Shown piece after piece: positions 61,628-64,000 of a stretch of DNA of 64,000 bases. Each line of letters begins with the position of its first letter. Within the stretch, counting starts at the first letter, position 1. Where the stretch lies: positions 310,001 to 374,000 of the forward strand of contig RSEE01000020.1 in the NCBI GenBank assembly GCA_003971905.1, given 5' to 3'. The stretch comes from Moniliella sp. 'wahieum'. Lineage: Eukaryota. Position numbers and translations under genes: made by a program. The notes below the pieces were generated by a model. That model made no database searches. It saw only the letters and a program-made list of their open reading frames with translations, and was not told the origin of the DNA.

Positions 61628-63448
61628 ATGGACGCCCTCAACCAGCTTCACGCCCACCGCCAGCGCCGGTACACTCACGCTCGCCCGGCCCCTCGCCGCG
61701 AGGCAGCGGCTGCTGCCGATCCCCCGTCCTCGGACCCCCTCCCGGATCCGTCCTCCCGCCCTGTCGCCTCCGACAAGCCGTCACCCTCGGCCACCTCGGC
61801 CCCCCATGCGTCGAAGGACCCGGCCTCCTCACCCCCCCCGGCTCCTTCGTCCCACGCCCCCTCAACAGAGGATCCCGGTATGTCGTTACGCCTTGCTCCT
61901 CGCTCCTGGCGTGAGGCCGTCAACGGCCCCGCCGTATCCGTTTTGCACCAATGATGACTGATCCATTTCCTTTTTATTCGTCCAGCTTCAACTCCCCCAG
62001 TTGCTTCCTCCAAGTCTGATGCCAGTCCCAGCCATGATGGCTCTAGTACGGGTGCGAGTGCAAGCGCGAGTGCAATCCCAAGTCCCAGCGCGAGCGACAA
62101 CCCATCCAGCCTGCCTGTACCAAGCATCAGCTTACCCTCCAGCCTCCCGGTTTCGGACTCCCTCAGCAATTTCTTGCCCCCTCTGTCCAGCTCTCTTCTA
62201 TTCTTGCCATCTCCTCCACGCTAACTTCAAGCGTGCTCCCGACCTCCAGTTCGTCATTGCTTGCCTCATCCAGCAGCATGCCCACCAGTTCCTCGCTTCC
62301 TTTGAGTCTGACACCCTTTTCGTCCGACATTCCAAGTTCGCTTCCGTCGTCTGCCTCGTTGGTCTCCTTCTCGGCGCCCAGCATTCACACTGTCACGACA
62401 GGTGCAGAGGCTTCATCTTCGTCGGCCTTGCCTTCCGCCACCTCTACCAACAATCATACGCCTTGGGTGTTGGGCCCATTGTCGGAATTGCCGTCGGTGG
62501 GCAGTGGGGCTGGTTGCCGTGATTGCGATCCTAGCTTGTCTCCTGCGTCGGTCCAAGCGCGAACGGGATGCCAACAATCCCTTTGACAATCCCTTTGACA
62601 AAGACCTTCTCCGTCGTCAGAGCGCACGCCTGCCCGACACTTTCCTCGATGACACGGATGCGTCGCCCGAGATGATGCAACACAACCTGCAAGACCCAGC
62701 AGGCCGCACAGACGAGTACGGCCGTCAAGATGAGTACGGCCACATGGACGAGTACGGCCACCCAATCCAGGCGACCGAGCAGGGCTATGGAGGTTACCCG
62801 CAGTACCCGCAGGCAGCCTATGGTTCCGACCTCGCTTCGGGCCCTGAAACGTTGGGTGCACACAATGTGAATATGGCGGATCCTTATGCCCATTTGGACC
62901 GTGCCCGCGGGAACGACGCATACGACTCGAGTGGCGGCTACGACTATACCGGCCGCCGTGGCAACCAAGAGTACGGTTCAAATGCGGGTCAGGACTATGG
63001 GGCGCAGTACTCCAACGCCGACCATGGGTACGGGGCGTACGGTTCGAGTGCTGCCCTGGCCCCAGCTGCCACCTCGGGCAACCTCGCACGGAGCCGGTCA
63101 GATGCCTCCCAAAGTTCAGGCACCAAGCCCACCAACTCCTCTGAGCGCGACTCAGCTGCGTGGGACGGGATGATGACGGATGGTCCGATGCCCAACCCGT
63201 TTGATCGGTACGACGATGGTCCGCAACAACAGTCGTACGAGTACGACTACTCGTACAACCCGCATGCTACGTTCCCGCATGGGAATGCATTCGGACGATG
63301 CGTACGGACACTGATCGTCCCCACTCCCCTCCTTTCCTCTTGCCTTTGTTCCTCCTTTTTCATCCACTTGCCCCTCGCTATATCCTTTCCTCCTTTTTTC
63401 CATTTTGTTGCCTCCCACCAGCCTGCAGCTCGGATGCTCTGTCGCTAG
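61628..63448 (+). CDS. Single-pass membrane protein with S/T/P-rich ectodomain (Mid2/Wsc-like sensor); intron 61878-61985; end uncertain
   Basis: CCACCATG start, long Ser/Pro-rich tract, TM GIAV..VGLVAVIAILACLL followed by RRSKR, and a Tyr-rich tail with NPFD motifs. Confidence 0.65.
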
Positions 63449-64000
63449 ATGATACCCCAACCTAGCGTCATTCCTCGTTCTTTAAATCCCTCCCCCTTCC
63501 CCGCCTTGCTCTTTCCACATACCTTTTCCATATTGATTTTTTTGTCTCAGACCCCCCCCCCCCCCCCACCCACCTTTCGGCCCGGGCTCTTCTCTGATTG
63601 ATGCTCCTATCCTTGGCTGCTGGTGGCCGTTGCTCACGTCGCGCCTCCTCGTTGCCTTGCGCTTTTTGTGAGGGAGGGGTGGAGCCCCGGTTCCGCCCCT
63701 CTCCCGTCCTCCGTTTCTTGGATCGCATTCACCCACCTCTCCATCCGGTCATGGCTCGTGGGTTCCTGCCGATTTCTTGTTCTTCCCTGCCGACCTACTA
63801 TTGCGTGTTGGCTTGGTAACATATAAAAACCCCTTGAAAAGGTACACGTCACGCCAGCGCCCTTGCCTGTAGTGATGATGGGAAGGGCAGGACAACCAAG
63901 CCATGGGTGCTGCTCGCATGGTGGAGGGACTCCGATTCGGGTGTAGCCAGATAGGCCTGTCCTGGGAGGGGTAGCACAGAACTGCCGCCTGTATAACGAC

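Overview
Eukaryotic, GC-rich fungal genomic DNA, probably a basidiomycete of the Ustilaginomycotina type. This is inferred from compact genes, few short GT-AG introns with CTRAC/GCTAAC branch sites, and basidiomycete-style Gcn4, Atg11 and RING proteins. About 19 protein genes are recognisable: Rsa3-like, split RING E3, CaM kinase, two secreted anchored alpha/beta-hydrolase paralogs, Gcn4/CpcA, Cox14, a CNT nucleoside transporter, Kgd1, Rpl25, Rpl17, a DUF1769 protein, Rps24, Vps25, a 60-aa microprotein, Atg11, a Rieske-DUF455 fusion, a CobW/Zng1 GTPase and a Mid2/Wsc-like sensor. There is also an intron-containing tRNA-Lys(CTT), an intact non-autonomous LTR element with a 5-bp TSD, two dispersed repeat families and a decayed kinase. 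Nearly every gene, including essential ones, carries single-base frameshifts. I read these as uncorrected long-read assembly indels, so CDS ends are approximate. The most unusual signals are: (1) a recurrent intergenic decamer T(C/G)A-[any palindromic 4-mer]-T(C/G)A, often in 7-bp tandem arrays upstream of genes; (2) a microprotein ORF ending 16 nt before the VPS25 start, suggesting a bicistronic mRNA; (3) a TRIM-like element with a non-canonical PBS and a duplicated PPT; (4) a tRNA gene nested in a spliceosomal intron. All family calls come from motif recognition by eye; no searches were run.
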